Positions 50,429 to 63,326 are shown, counted from the first letter of the stretch. The stretch: DNA of 64,000 nucleotides from Octopus sinensis (GCF_006345805.1 NC_043003.1:87358001-87422000), one strand, 5' to 3'. Notes: generated by a model from the sequence alone, not told the origin. Made by a program: numbers and translations.

Positions 50429-50760
50429 TGTAAAGTGTTACCAAGAACTTCCATTGCACCTCTATGTGACATGGTGCATTCATTCCAAATAAGGTGGCAT
50501 TGGCACAACACTTCTGCTGAACTTGAATCTTTACTTGTGTTACAAATTAGACTGTCACTCGTGACCAGGTTCATTGGTAATTTAAAAGCAGAATGAGCTG
50601 TTCGTCCTCCTGGGAGAATGATGGCAGCAAAACCAGACAATGGTACAGCAACTGCAATTTTTTTTTTTTTTGTTGCCTTACTTTGAAGAGAAGCAATGTT
50701 ACAACTGTTTTACCAGTGTCACCAGGAGCATCAAGAAAGGAAATTGTTCTGAGTTTTTTT
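50427..50760 (-). mobile_element. Degraded Helitron PIF1-like helicase fragment
   Basis: FLDAPGDTGKT (Walker A), then after a frameshift SGFAAIILPGGRTAHSAFKLP...CHLIWNECTMSHRGAMEVLGNTLQ, matching Helitron helicase motifs I, Ia and II. Confidence 0.85.
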
Positions 50761-52544
50761 CTGATGATTGTGGAATGGTGCACACATACACACACACAGA
50801 CAGTATCAAACATCAGATTAAATGGACATGTGTGTGTGCGAGAGAGAGAAGGAGAGTACTTGAATGAAGGGGTGTGTTGTCATGTATACGTACATACATA
50901 AATAGGCATACATCTTTCTTGTATGAATGTGTGTGTGTGTGTGTGAGAGAGATAGAGATGAAGAGAGAGAGAGAGATAGAGTGCCACTTAGACATCACTC
51001 TCATACAAATATATGACAACACATCCCTTCATTCACACACACCATACATAAATGTATAGAAACATACATACAAAAACACATGTGCGTGTGTGATTCAGTA
51101 GAAATACATACAGCCGAAGACAGCTTGAAAAAGAAAATTAATAAATTTTTCTGTAAATTAATGAAGTGTGCGAGTTCCAGCAAAATAATGCCCATATTTT
51201 TTGGACACCCCGTGTTGAATTGCAAAATGTTAACGTGATATTTGTGTAATAAAGAAATCAAACCTTGTGTGTGTGTGTGTGTGTGTGTGTGCATGTGTAA
51301 GAGAGAGAGATATATTTCTTTATTGCCCACAAGGGGCTAAACATTGAGGGGACAGACAAAGGGATTAAGTCAATTACATAGACCCCAGTGCGTAACTGGT
51401 ACTTAATTTATCGACCCCGAAAGGATGAAAGGCAAAGTCGACCTCGGCGGAATTTGAACTCACAACGTAACGGCAGACCAATGAATGGGATAAAGATGGA
51501 ATGAAAAAATTTGTATAAATAGAAACACGTTGAAAACTATCTTGTACCGAATATTTAGATTTGTAAACTTAGTAAATAATTCTTTTAGTAATTTATCATA
51601 GCTGTTAATTTAAAACTTGAGAAGAAAACATTAAAAATTAGACAGGGACAGACTTTGCTGGTTTTACGTCAATACCAGAAGTAGACATTGGGAAACCTTT
51701 TTGAAAGAAGTGAATGTAATGTAATAATATTCCAAGGTATATTTGTAGAGAATTTCATTAAAAAAATATCTGTTTTCTTGAAAGTGAAGACGAATTGAAG
51801 TAGACTCCGGTGAATTTTCAGAAATTCCCCATCCCCTCCTAAAACACTTACCCTACAAAATTGTATATATTCGAAATGGATATGATATAACACATATTTG
51901 TAAAAAATTTTATTAGAAAATATCCATTTTATCCTTTGAAGCTGTAAGAAATAAAGACCCCTTACTTGAAAAATAGGTAAAGATTAGCAACAAGAAGAGT
52001 AAAATACTATCTCAATAACATATTTGTCTAACCCATACAAGTATAGAAAACAGGCATAAAAATACAAGAAAAAGAAAAAAGAGACAAGTCAACTCGGCCA
52101 AGTATTTAAAAATGATATCTAGAATAGTACCAGAACTTATAAGATTAGCTACACTAGTAGACAACAGGTAGCATTAGTTAATGTTAATTCCACCTGAATA
52201 CCATTATGGTCATGGTATTTATCATCATTATGATCATGATCATCACCACCATTTAATGATTATTTTCATGCTAGTATGGCTAAATGGTTTGACAGGCATT
52301 GACAAACCAGAGGACTGTACCAAAGTCTACTGTCTGCTTTGGCATAGTTTCTATGGCTAGATGCTCTTCCTAATACTAATCATTTTACAGAATGTACTGG
52401 GTGCTTTTTATGTGGCACCAGCATCAATGCAGTCACCAAGTATCTTGCAAGACACTACCCTTCAGTTGAGTAGGAAGTACTATTGAGGGAGGTGGCTTTT
52501 GCGCCAGGTGATGAGAGGTTAAAGTATGACAGAAACTGAAAGCA

Positions 52545-52960
52545 GTGAGCTGGCAGAAACGTTAGCACGCTGGGCGAAATGCTCAGTGGTATTTCGTCTG
52601 CAGTTACGTTTTGAGTTCAAATTCCGCCGAGGTTGACTTTGCCTTTCATCCTTTTGGGGTCGATAAATCAAGTACCAGTTACGCACTGGGGTCGATATAA
52701 ATCGACCTAATCCGTTTGTCTGTCCTTATTTGTCCTCTCTGTGTTTAGCCACTTGTGGGTAGTAAAGAAATAGGTATTTTGTCTGCCGTTACGTTCTGAG
52801 TTAAAATTCCGCCGAGGTCGACTTTGCCTTTCATCTTTTCGTGGTCGATAAATTAAGTACCAGTGACACACTGGGGGTTGATGTATTCAACTTAATCCCT
52901 TTGTCTTTCCTTGTTTGCCCCCTCTATGTTTAGCCCCTTGTGGGCAATAAAGAAATAAGA
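52545..52960 (+). mobile_element. Family-2 SINE, tandem pair
   Basis: Head gagctggcagaaacgttagc, central gcctttcatcctttcggggtcgataaa..aagtaccag, tail gggcaataaagaaataag. Other copies: 6010-6205(-), 14395-14712(+), 51310-51478(-), 55197-55412(+), 58780-59010(-), 59525-59932(+). Confidence 0.85.
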
Positions 52961-53117
52961 AACTGATGTTGTGTTATAGAGGAGATACATGGCTATCCTA
53001 GTTGGAAAAAGAGAGGAGAGAGATATAGAGAAGACAGTGAAGAAGATGCATTGGGGCATACCCTCAAGTTACAGGAAGATGTATATAAGTGAAGTAGTAC
53101 AAAGGATTGGATAGAAC

Positions 53118-53658
53118 AGTGATTCTGAACCGGGGCCATATAGCCCCTGAGAATCGATATACAGTGTTTTGGGGTCTACACAACAAAATAGTAAATTGGG
53201 GATTAACAATAGTATTTTAAAAGACCCATGAAAAAATTTTGCTTTAGATGTACGTGGTCGATTCCAGCGCCACCTTGACTGGCTTCCGTGCCAGTGGCAC
53301 GTAAAATCCACCAACCAATCATGGCCATTGCCAGCCTCCCCCGGCACGTAAAAAGGACCCATTACACTCAAGGAGTGGTTGGCATTAGGAAGGGCATCCA
53401 GCTGTAGAAACACTGCCAGATCAAGATTGGAGCCTGGTGCAGCCTCTTGGTTTTCCAGACCCTGACTGAACCGTCCAACCCATGCTAGCATGGAAAACGG
53501 ACGTTAAACGATGATGATGATGATGATGTATTTATTGCAAGAAACAGCTCAGATTCTTTCTCTAACATTTTACTTAGTTCAGCCTATACAAGTTGATGTG
53601 TGAAAAACAAAATAGACATTTTGAAAGAGATTTTCTATAAAACTAGTTTTTAAACACT

Positions 53659-53690
<32 letters not shown>

Positions 53691-53752
53691 GTGGGGGTCC
53701 ACCAGAGTAGAGTAGTAATCGAAGGGGACCATAGATAAAAAGATGGTTGAGA
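53118..53752. mobile_element. Possible hAT-like MITE interrupted by an RTE tail
   Basis: cagtgattctgaacc...ggttgagaacccttg; weak TSD (ggatagaa / tgatagtg). Confidence 0.4.
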
Positions 53753-54835
53753 ACCCTTGTGATAGTGTGATTCAGCAGGTATGTTCATGAGAATGTGAAA
53801 GGAGATTGGGAGATAGAGGGATATGTAGTATGTGGTAATACAGGTGGCAGGAGAGGGTGTTAGGAAGACATATTGTGGGGAATCAAGGATTGACGAGAAA
53901 AGAGAAAAAATAAATGACTTTGAAAGAAGTGGAGAAGCTGAATCGAAAAAATGCTGCAATAAGATAAATAGTGATGTTTTGTGCTGCTAAATGGAAAAAA
54001 ACTGACAGCAAAATTATTCACTGTTTCTCAGCAAAATATATAGAAGACCATAGAGCGGCTAACCAGCTTCCGTGCCAGTGGCACGTAAAAAGGCACCATT
54101 CAAGTGTGATTGTTACCAGCGTTGCCTTACTGGCACTTGAGCCCCATGCTAAGAGCACCATCCGAGTGTGATTGTTGCCAGAGCGGCTAACTGGCTTCCG
54201 TGCCGGTGGCACGTAAAAGGCACCATTCGAGCATGATTGTTACCAGCATCACCCTACTGGCACCTGTGCCAGTGGCATGTGTAAAAAGATTCAAGTGAGG
54301 TCATTGCCAGTACCACCTGACTGGCCCCATGCCGGTGGCACGTAAAAGCACCCACTACACTCTTGGAGTGGCTGGCGTTAGGAAGGGCATCCAGCTGTAG
54401 AAACTCTGCCAAATCAAGATTGGATCCTGGTGCAGCCATCTGGTTCGCCGTCCCTCAGTCAAATCGTCCAACTCATGCTAGCATGGAAAGCGGACGTTAA
54501 ACGATGATGATGATTTGATGGGAGTTTTAAGCCGGCCAAGTCTATCCCAAATATTCTATATGCTTTATGTTCAAATTGATGAGATCCAGCCTCTCATACC
54601 TACCCTACAATGTCATTCTAAAAATAAAACAATTACACCATCAAAATTTTGAAGCTACAAGATAATTCATGATTAATTCACAACAACGAGAATAAATAAA
54701 TATTACATTTGACATAGTCATCTGAATGCTTAAAGGGTTAAATATTCTTATCAAAGACTAATATGATTTTCTATATAGAATGTTTCAGAAATTGTAAAAT
54801 ATCACAGCCAGATGTTAAAATTAAACAGCACTTAC

Positions 54836-54955
54836 CTCTCTAAACAAAGCTCCATAAGATTGCACTGTGTAAGTACATAAACCACTTTTCATTGATACAT
54901 CAAGATCCATCAGTAATCTTTTTTCTTCCTCTCCATTAATAGTTGCAGTAATTCT
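54836..54955 (-). CDS. MAP2K6: MKK3/6-type MAP2K exon (subdomains II-IV): RITATINGEEEKRLLMDLDVSMKSGLCTYTVQSYGALFRE
   Basis: 120 nt, tatag| acceptor, |gtaagt donor, phase 0/0. Carries the LLMDLD and YGALFRE motifs of MKK3/4/6. Not in the ORF track. Confidence 0.93.
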
Positions 54956-55492
54956 CTATAAAAGAAAAAAAAAAGAGAGAGAGCCTTGATAAGTCTTTTA
55001 AAAACAGCAAGTTTTCTTATAAAAACAAAAATTATGAAGATGCAAGCATGGCTGTATGGTAAGAAGCTTGATTCTCAACCACATGGTTCAGGGTTCAGTC
55101 CCACTGTGTGGCACCTTGGGCCAGTGTTTTCTATAATAGTCATGAGCCAACTAAAGCCTTATGAATGAATTTGGTAGACAGAAACTGAAAAGAAGCTGGC
55201 GAGCTGGCAGAAATGTTAGCACGCCAGGTGAAATACCTAGTGATATTTTGTCTGCTGTTACGTTCTGAGTTCAAATTGCCTTTCATCCTTTCGGGGTCGA
55301 TAAATTAAGTACCAGTTATGCACTGGGGTCGATCTTATCGACTAAATCCCTTCGTCTGTCCTTGTTTGTCTCCTCTATGTTTAGCCCCTTGTGGGCAATA
55401 AAGAAATAAGAAATTGAAAAGAAGCCCTTATTGTATGTGTGTGTGTGTGTGTGCACATATATATGTGTGTATGTATATATATATATGTATGT

Positions 55493-55655
55493 AATGGGGA
55501 AGAATTCACAAAAAAACAAAGACGAAGACAGGTGGTGTAGACAACAAACAAATGTATTAGTATAATGCTCAGGAAGTGAAAAAGTCTTTAACGTTTTGAG
55601 CCTATGCTCTTCCACAGAAAGGAACACAGAAAGAAACAGGGAGAGAAAATAAAGC
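55493..55655 (-). mobile_element. Related Penelope-like terminus with hammerhead relic
   Basis: Minus strand 55586-55621: cttt-CTGTGGA-a-gagc atag gctc-aaaa-cgt-t-aaag; inserted at a SINE microsatellite. Confidence 0.65.
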
Positions 55656-57332
55656 ACTCAGATGATTATATGTATATGTGTGTGTGTGTTTGTGTCTGTA
55701 TTTACCTCCCACTCCACTACCAGACAACTGATGTTGGTGTGTTTACAACCGTGTAACTTAGCAGTTTGGCAAAAGTAACCAATAGAAAAAGTGTCAGGCT
55801 TTAGAAAATTAAGTACTGGGGTTGATGCATTCGACTAAAAATTCAAGACAGTGCTCCAGCATGGCCACAGAAAAAGAAATAGGCACAGGTGTGGCTGTGG
55901 TGCAGAAGCTTACTTCCGAACCATGTGACTTGGGGTTCAGTTCCACTGCATGGCACCATGGGCAAGCACCTTCTACTATAACCTCAGACCATCCTAAGCC
56001 ATGTGGGTGGATGTAGTAGATGAAAACAGAAAGAAACCCATCGTGCATATATGTGTGTATACATTATATACACACACACACATACTCAAATATATATACA
56101 TACACATATATGTATGCATGTGTGTCCTCCACCACTGCTTGACAACCAGTGTTGGTTTGTTTACATCCCCATAACTTAATTAAGGATGAATAGAATAAGT
56201 ACCAGGTTTTAAAGAAATATAAGTACTGAGGTCAATTCGTTTGACTAAAACCTTTCAAGGTGGTGCCCCACCATGGCAACAGTCCAATAACTGGAACACA
56301 TAAAGAAAAAAAAGAAAAAAAGATAAATGAATAAACAAATTACAGAAATGGTAAAAAATTCATTCATTTTCTTTTATGCATAGGAGTGGCTGTGTGGTAA
56401 GTAGCTTGTTTACCAACCACATGGTTCCGGGTTCAGTCCCACTGCGTGGCACCTTGGGCAAGTGTCTTCTACTATAGCCTCAGGCCAACCAAAGCCTTGT
56501 GAGTGGATTTGGTAGACGTAAACTAAAAGAAGCCCGTTGTATATATGTATATATATATATGCGTGTGTGTTTGTGTTTGTCCCCCTAGCATTGCTTGACA
56601 ACCGATGCTGGTGTATTTATGTCCCCGTTACTTAGCAGTTCGGCAAAAGAGACTGATAGAATAAGCACTGGGCTTACAAAAGAATAAGTCCCGGGGTAGA
56701 GTTGCTCGATTAAAGGCGGTGCTCCAGCATGGCCGCAGTCAAATGATTGAAACGAGTAAAAGAGTATTGTTTCTACTGCTGGCAAGAACACTGGCCTTCC
56801 ACTTAAATACCATGCACTGTACATGGCTGTCTGATTATGAGGGCTGCTTCTCAACCAGATGGCTGCGACATAGAATGAAGTGATGAGAAAAGATCATTGG
56901 ATGCTGGTTCTCACTGAGGAAATGACAAGAGACCAGGAGATGAGGCGATTTGCTGTACTTGATATGATGCATCAAGCTAGGTAAAAATCACTGTTTTCTA
57001 CACATACAGGCTTGTCCTCCCAAGTGCTGGTGCCACTTAAAAAGCACCTATGCTGGTGCTGCATAAACGCACCCATGCTGGTGATACATAAAAAACACCC
57101 AGCACACACTGTTAAGTGATTGGTGTTAAGAAGGGCATCCAGCCATATAAACCATGCCTCAACAGACAGCTGGAGTCTGAACAGCTCCCTGTTAGCCAGC
57201 TCCATATCAATCCATCCAACCCATGCTAGCAGAGAAAGCAAATGTTAAACAATGACGATGATGATGATGATACAAAATTTGAAAGTGAATAACTTACAGA
57301 GGCATGTATATTAACATATACACACTCTCTCT

Positions 57333-57540
57333 CTATCCACTCAGTTGAAGTCGACTCTCGGTCACTCGTTGGATCAGTGTCCTCCAGTCAGTTCTATACT
57401 GGGCCACTTCCTTCAGACTGGCCATGTCCATTCCGTTATCACTCCTGATGGTGTCGAGCCAGCGGGTTCTTGGTCGGCCTCTTCCTCTCTTGCCACTGAC
57501 CATTCCGAGCATGATGTCCTTCTCCAGGGATTCTCTCCGC
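57333..57540 (-). mobile_element. RTE (BovB-like) LINE 3' end
   Basis: SLEKDIMLGMVSGKRGRGRPRTRWLDTIR...DWRTLIQRVTESRLQL. Confidence 0.85.
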
Positions 57541-57902
57541 ATAATATACACACATAAATATACGTATATATAAGAGCTAGAGATTGCTTACAATTGTGTA
57601 TGGCTCTGTAACATGTACTCTGCTTTTGCTAATTGCTGTATGTTCCTGTGGAGTCAAGAGCAGACACCCACACACACATCCTCTCAACTCTCTCCCACCT
57701 TTTGACCCAACAGCACATTCAGGATGTAACAGCTGGGGAGAGAGAGAGAGAGAGTGGGTGAGTTGCATCAGCAGTCATTTAATCTGGAGCAATGTGAAAT
57801 GAAGTGCACTATTAAAAAATTCAGGTCACCCAGTCCAGGAATTGAACTTGTGACATGCTCATGGGCCAAACACCCAAATGATTAGGTCACATACCTTCAC
57901 AA

Positions 57903-58620
57903 TATCATCATCATCGTTTAACGTCCGTTTTCCATGCTAGCATGGGTTGGACGGTTTTGACTGAGGGCTGGCGAACCAGATGGTTGCAACAGTCTCCAAT
58001 CTTGATTTGGCAGAGTTTCTACAGCTGGATGCCCTTCCGAATGCCAACCACTCCAAGAGTGTAGTGGGTGCTTTTTACGTGCCACCTGCACGGGGGCCAG
58101 TCAGGCGGTACTGGCAATGACCTCGCTCGAATCTTTTACACGTGCCACCGACACAGGTGCCAGTGAAGCGACGTTGGTAACGATCACGCTCGAATGGTGC
58201 CCTTTTACGTGCCACGGGTACAGAAGCCAGTTGGCTACAATCACAACAATCACGCTCAGATGGTGTTCTTGGCTCCCTACTAGCACAGGCATAAGTGCCA
58301 GTAAGGCGACGCTGGTAACAATCATACTCAAATAGCCTCTCTGTCAATGATCACACTCGTATGGTGCTCTTTGCTCCCCGCTAGCATGGATGCCAGTCAT
58401 CAAAATGATTTTGATTTGATTTTGATTACACTTGCCACAAGAGGTCTTCGCAAGCAAAGTTTAGTGACCAAAGAAGAAAAAGCTATGCATAAGCGGGCCG
58501 GTTATGCTCCTGGCATAGGCCACGGGTTATGGTTTCATCTGGCTTGCCAGGTCTTCTTGAGCACAGCATATTTCCAAAGGTCTCGGTCGCTTGTCATTTC
58601 CTTGGTGAGGCCTAATGTTC
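57903..58620 (-). mobile_element. RTE LINE 3' end: ORF terminus plus array-containing 3'UTR plus (GAT)n
   Basis: TLGLTKEMTSDRDLWKYAVLKKTWQAR* (stop 58535-58537) runs continuously into the repeat array and tail. Confidence 0.8.
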
Positions 58621-60335
58621 AAATCATCATCATCACTTTATATCCACTTTTCCATGCTTGCATCGGCCAGACAAAATTTACCAAGGCAGATTTCACTGCG
58701 TGCCCTACTTATTGCCAACCCTCACCTGTTCCCAAGCAAGGTAATATTTCCCCAGAGCCAAGCATGTTTTCCATATACAATTTCTTTACTACCCACAAAG
58801 GGCTAAACACAGAGGGGACAAACAAGGACAGACAAACGGATTAAGTTGATTATATTGACCCCAGTGCGTAACTGGTACTTATTTAATCGACTCCGAAAGG
58901 ATGAAAGGCAAAGTCGACCTCAGCGGAATCTGAACTCAGAACGCAGCGGCAGACGAAATACCGCTAGGCATTTCGCCCAGCGTGCTAACGTTTCTGCCAG
59001 CTCGCCGCATGTTTTCCATATACAACTGAAAACAAACAAACGTTGCTTGTATAACAGTGATGCTCACTTACAGCCATAGCAATGGGCTTCTTTCAGTTTC
59101 CATCTAATAATGCTACTCACAAGGCTTTGGTCGGTCCATAGATACTCGCCCAAAAAGCTGCATAGCAGAACTGAACCTGAGACAGCAGTCATAAATCAAG
59201 CTTCTAAACCTCGTAGTCATGTCTACACACACGAGGAGAGAGATGGGGGACATTTTAATTATATAAAATCAGAGGCATGAGTTTATGTTGTCATTTCTTT
59301 AGCCCAATAAAAACCTTATCATCTTCAGTTTAGTTCATCTCCCAAAAAACCCTCCAAAATAATCAGTCATTCACAACGCAGTTATGACAAGTAGTTTAGT
59401 TAAAATGTCAACTATTTATCTTGGCTGATCCAAATTGTCAGCTATCACAATCAAAGATAATAAACAGGTCAATATTCTTTAGTTTCATGAACTTATTGAA
59501 CTATATGTTTTCCAGTTACAAGGTAGCAAGCTTGCAGAATCGTTTGCATGCTGGGTTAAATGTTTAGCGGCATTTCATGTCTTTATATCTTGAGTTCAAA
59601 TGCAGCCAGGGTCGACTTTGCCTTTCATCCTTTCAATGTTGATAAAATAAGTATTAGTTGAGCCCTGTCCCCTGAATTTGCTGGTCTTGTGCCAAAATTT
59701 GAAACCAATTACTCAGCATGTTGGCAGAATCAGTTGCATGCCAGGCAAAATGCTTAGCGACATTTTGTCTGTCTTTACATCTTGAGTTCAAATGCAACTG
59801 GGGTCAACTTTGCCTTTCATCCTTTCCAGGTTGATAAAATAAGTACCAGTTGAGCACTAGGGTTGATGTAATTGATTTCCCCATCCCTGGATTTTGCTGG
59901 TCTTGTGTCAAAATTTGAAAACAATTACTCAGCTATATTTGTTGATGATGTCACTAATGAGATAAAGTGATAGATTAGAGTAGCATACTTGAAATCAAAT
60001 TTGGTTCAGTTTTAATTTCAGTTGTATACAAAAGTGCTAATTATGAGAAGCTGAAGTAAAAACAAATTTAGTAAATGCAGAAACCCTTCTGGCCTGCAGT
60101 AAAAGTAGTAGGGATTGTGACTTTATTTTTTTTTTTTTTTTTTACTTGTTTTAGTCATTTGACTGTGGTCATGCTGCAGCACCGCCTTTAGTCGAGCAAA
60201 TTAACCCCAGGACTTATTCTTTGTAAGCCTAGTACTTATTCTATCGGTCTCTTTTGCCGAACTAAGTTACGGGGATGTAAACACACCAGCATCAGTTGTC
60301 AAGCAATGTTGGGGGGGACAAACACAGACACACAA

Positions 60336-60403
<68 letters not shown>

Positions 60404-61103
60404 GACAGGCTTCTTTCAGTTTCCCTCTACCAAATCCACTCACAAGGCTTTGGTCGGCCCGAAGCTATAGTAGAAGACATTTGCCCAAGGTGCCATACAG
60501 TGGGACTGAACCCGGAACCATGTGGTTGGTAAGCAAGCTACTTACCACACAGCCACTCCTACGCCTATTTTGATCATAAGTTTTAATCCTTTTGATACTG
60601 ATTGAGACCACCCGTGATTCTATGATATAAACTTCCCATGTAACCCTTTACCACTTAAATCAACCATATCCAGCTCAAATATCCTACCTGTTTTACGTTC
60701 ACGTTGGCCATATCCCACCTCCAACACCTAACCTACTATGTCATTCTAAAAATAAACAATCTCATCACTGAAATCTCTAAGCTATGAGATAATGCATGAC
60801 TAATTCAAACAATGTGAATGAATAAGCATTATATTTTTCAGAGTAACCTGAACGCTAACAGTTAACTTAAAACCTTCCATTAAAATTTCATGTTGATTTA
60901 GGTTTGAAACATCAATTAAATTATGGCAAAATTACTTTACTAAATTCTTCATAATTTCAATGTTAATTGACTTAACCTTTCAACATTTAGATTTGTTTGT
61001 CAAATGTGATGCTTAATAATTCACATTGTTTCGAATTAATCATACATTATCTGGTAACTTTGAGATTTCGATTATGAGATTGTTTACTTCTAGTATGACA
61101 TTG

Positions 61104-61527
61104 GGATCTTTTCGGTTTGAACGGCAGTTTTTTCTAGCGGTGTCATATGAAATTGTCACCCATAATTATGACCCTAGAATCGATCTATTGCATTTCAATC
61201 TCTTTTAGGGTTAGGGTTAGGGTTAGGGGTGGGGGGAGGGTATCTGTTTTCTCTTCACAAATGTAAATAAACCCAATCTGTTTCTTAAACGTGGGACATA
61301 TACATACGGCACAGAATGCTTTTTAACTCAATAGACGTCACTGATTGGTTGAAATTGCAGAAATTGAAGAAAAAAAACAACAAATATCTTACAAACTATA
61401 GAATTTTCTCAATAAAGCCAAGAGAAAAAGATGTTTTATAAACACATTCTACCAGTATACGAAATTTAAAAGTGTTTAGTTACGTGGAAATTATTTTTAA
61501 AAACTGCCATTCAAACCGAAAAGATCC
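61104..61527. mobile_element. Merlin-like MITE containing (TTAGGG)4
   Basis: Same TIRs, perfect 8-bp TSD TGACATTG (61096-61103 and 61528-61535), four TTAGGG units at 61205-61228. Confidence 0.85.
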
Positions 61528-62624
61528 TGACATTGCAGCCTAAGAGTAAGAAACAGTATTTGACCAGTTTGAACACAAAGTAGAATATATTATGGCTGGT
61601 TTAAATGCTAAAGGGTTAAAGACAGCCAATAGAAATAGGATAGGAAAATGAAATTTAAATGCTAAAAATAAAAAAAATTTTTAATTTAAAAAATCCCAGC
61701 ACAATTACTAGGAACATAACTAGAGCAGAAATTTTTCCTTTATGCTTCGAAGCTACAAATCTTAAATTCATTGCTGTATCAGAAGATTCAGGAATAAAAT
61801 AAAATAAATAGGAAAAAAAAAAAAAAAAAAAAAAAAACTTGTGGGAGAAAATTTTTCCAAGTTCTCTAAATATGATTTTTCAAGACAGAAATTAGGAAAT
61901 TCAACAGAAAAGATTCCTCTGGAAGCAAAGCATAGAATGAAAACGAATATTCTTTTACACAAACTGTGAAAATAATTAGATGCAGGATGGTAACTGCACA
62001 GACACAAACAAAATAACTGAAACAGAGGGGGAGAGTAATTTGGAATAAAAACATTAAAAAGAAAGAAAAGAAAAACAGCAACAATGACGTCAAAGACAAC
62101 AGCAGCATCAAAAGAATCTTCAGTTCACTATTTACCTTCTTCGAAAGGAGGATTTGTAAAACGTTAGTCAATGAGGATTGAAAAGTTTAGTGTTTCAACA
62201 TCTTGCTCGTCAATGAAGAAAAGAATAATAAAAAAAAAACAAATGTTGGCCTCGCAGTTGGCAGTAAATGGCAAGAGACCAAAACTTGTCATTCTTTTTG
62301 ACTTCTTGTAGCTAATACAGACCCTCTTTGGTTTGTTTGAATTCCAGGCTTCCTCCCCCCACTACAGTTTCCAATATTTACAATACAAAGGTGAGGACAC
62401 ATGGGATTCAAGTTAACAGCAAATCTTTCTTATCTTTATATTTTATCTTTTACTTGTTTCATTCATTATGCTGTAGCCATGCTGGAGCACCACTTTGAAC
62501 GTTTTCTTTTCAGTACTGCAATATCTATTTATGCCTAGGTGGACTTACTTTTGGGAATTAAGCCCTTAAATATCAATTAAAACACAACACTAGACTGGAT
62601 GGAAAAGACAGTACAGATAATTAT

Positions 62625-63285
62625 CTACTGTAAACAGCAGCAGTACCTACTGTAGCAACAGCAGTATACATACTGTATGCAACAAAAGCAGTACCTATAT
62701 TAGCAACAGCAGTAGCACCTATATTAGCAACAGCAGCAGTAGTGGAGGCGCAATGGCCCAGTGGTAAGGGCAGCGGACTCGCGGTTGGAGGATCGCGGTT
62801 TCGATTCCCAGACTGGGCGTTGTGTGTGTTTATTGAGCGAAAACACCTAAAGCTCCACGAGGTTCCGGCAGGGGGTGGTGGCAACCTCTGTTGTACTCTT
62901 TCTCTCACTCTTTCTTCCTGTTTCTTGTCCCCAACTTCCTACGCAACTGCTGAGCTTGGATGCGCATTCATTCATCCGTCGATATTCTCAGTGTTGGGGG
63001 TTGACCTGCTTTCTCTTCCGTGGATCTTACGAATAGCAAAAGACCAGGTTTCGGACTTCTCCCAAGCGGACGAAGACCGATTCACTCAACAAACAAACAG
63101 CAGCAGCAGTAACTAAATTAGCAACAGTAGTTGTAATTATACAAGCAACAGCAGGATGCCTACTGTAGCAATACTAGCATTGTCTATATTAGCAACAACA
63201 ACAGTGGCAGTGCCTATAGTAGCAATAACAGCAATACCTATAGTAGCAACAGCGGCAATAAACTATATTAGCAACAATAGGTAGT
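62625..63285. repeat. About 24-bp minisatellite (acctatattagcaacagcagcagt-like) interrupted by a SINE at 62744-63095
   Basis: Repeated tagcaacagcag units on both sides; cagcagcagta duplicated at the SINE ends. Confidence 0.75.
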
Positions 63286-63326
63286 ATACATAGTGCACAC
63301 ACTCGGATTCCCCTACTGCATTTTAA

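Noticed and set aside
61205-61228. True telomere or chromosome fusion site
   Set aside because: Only four units, internal to a TIR element with a perfect TSD.
62136-62260. Candidate first exon of the kinase on minus (donor-like AAG|GTAAAT)
   Set aside because: No in-frame ATG without an intervening stop and no G-loop or VAVK motif; the N-terminal exons were not found in 54956-64000.
62347-62395. Isolated plus-strand AG...GT segment as an exon
   Set aside because: About 43 nt, no recognisable peptide or partner exon, antisense within the kinase intron.
62744-62815. tRNA gene (also at 49277, 34140-34193, 9918)
   Set aside because: A/B boxes are present but there is no complete cloverleaf, and each continues into a SINE body.
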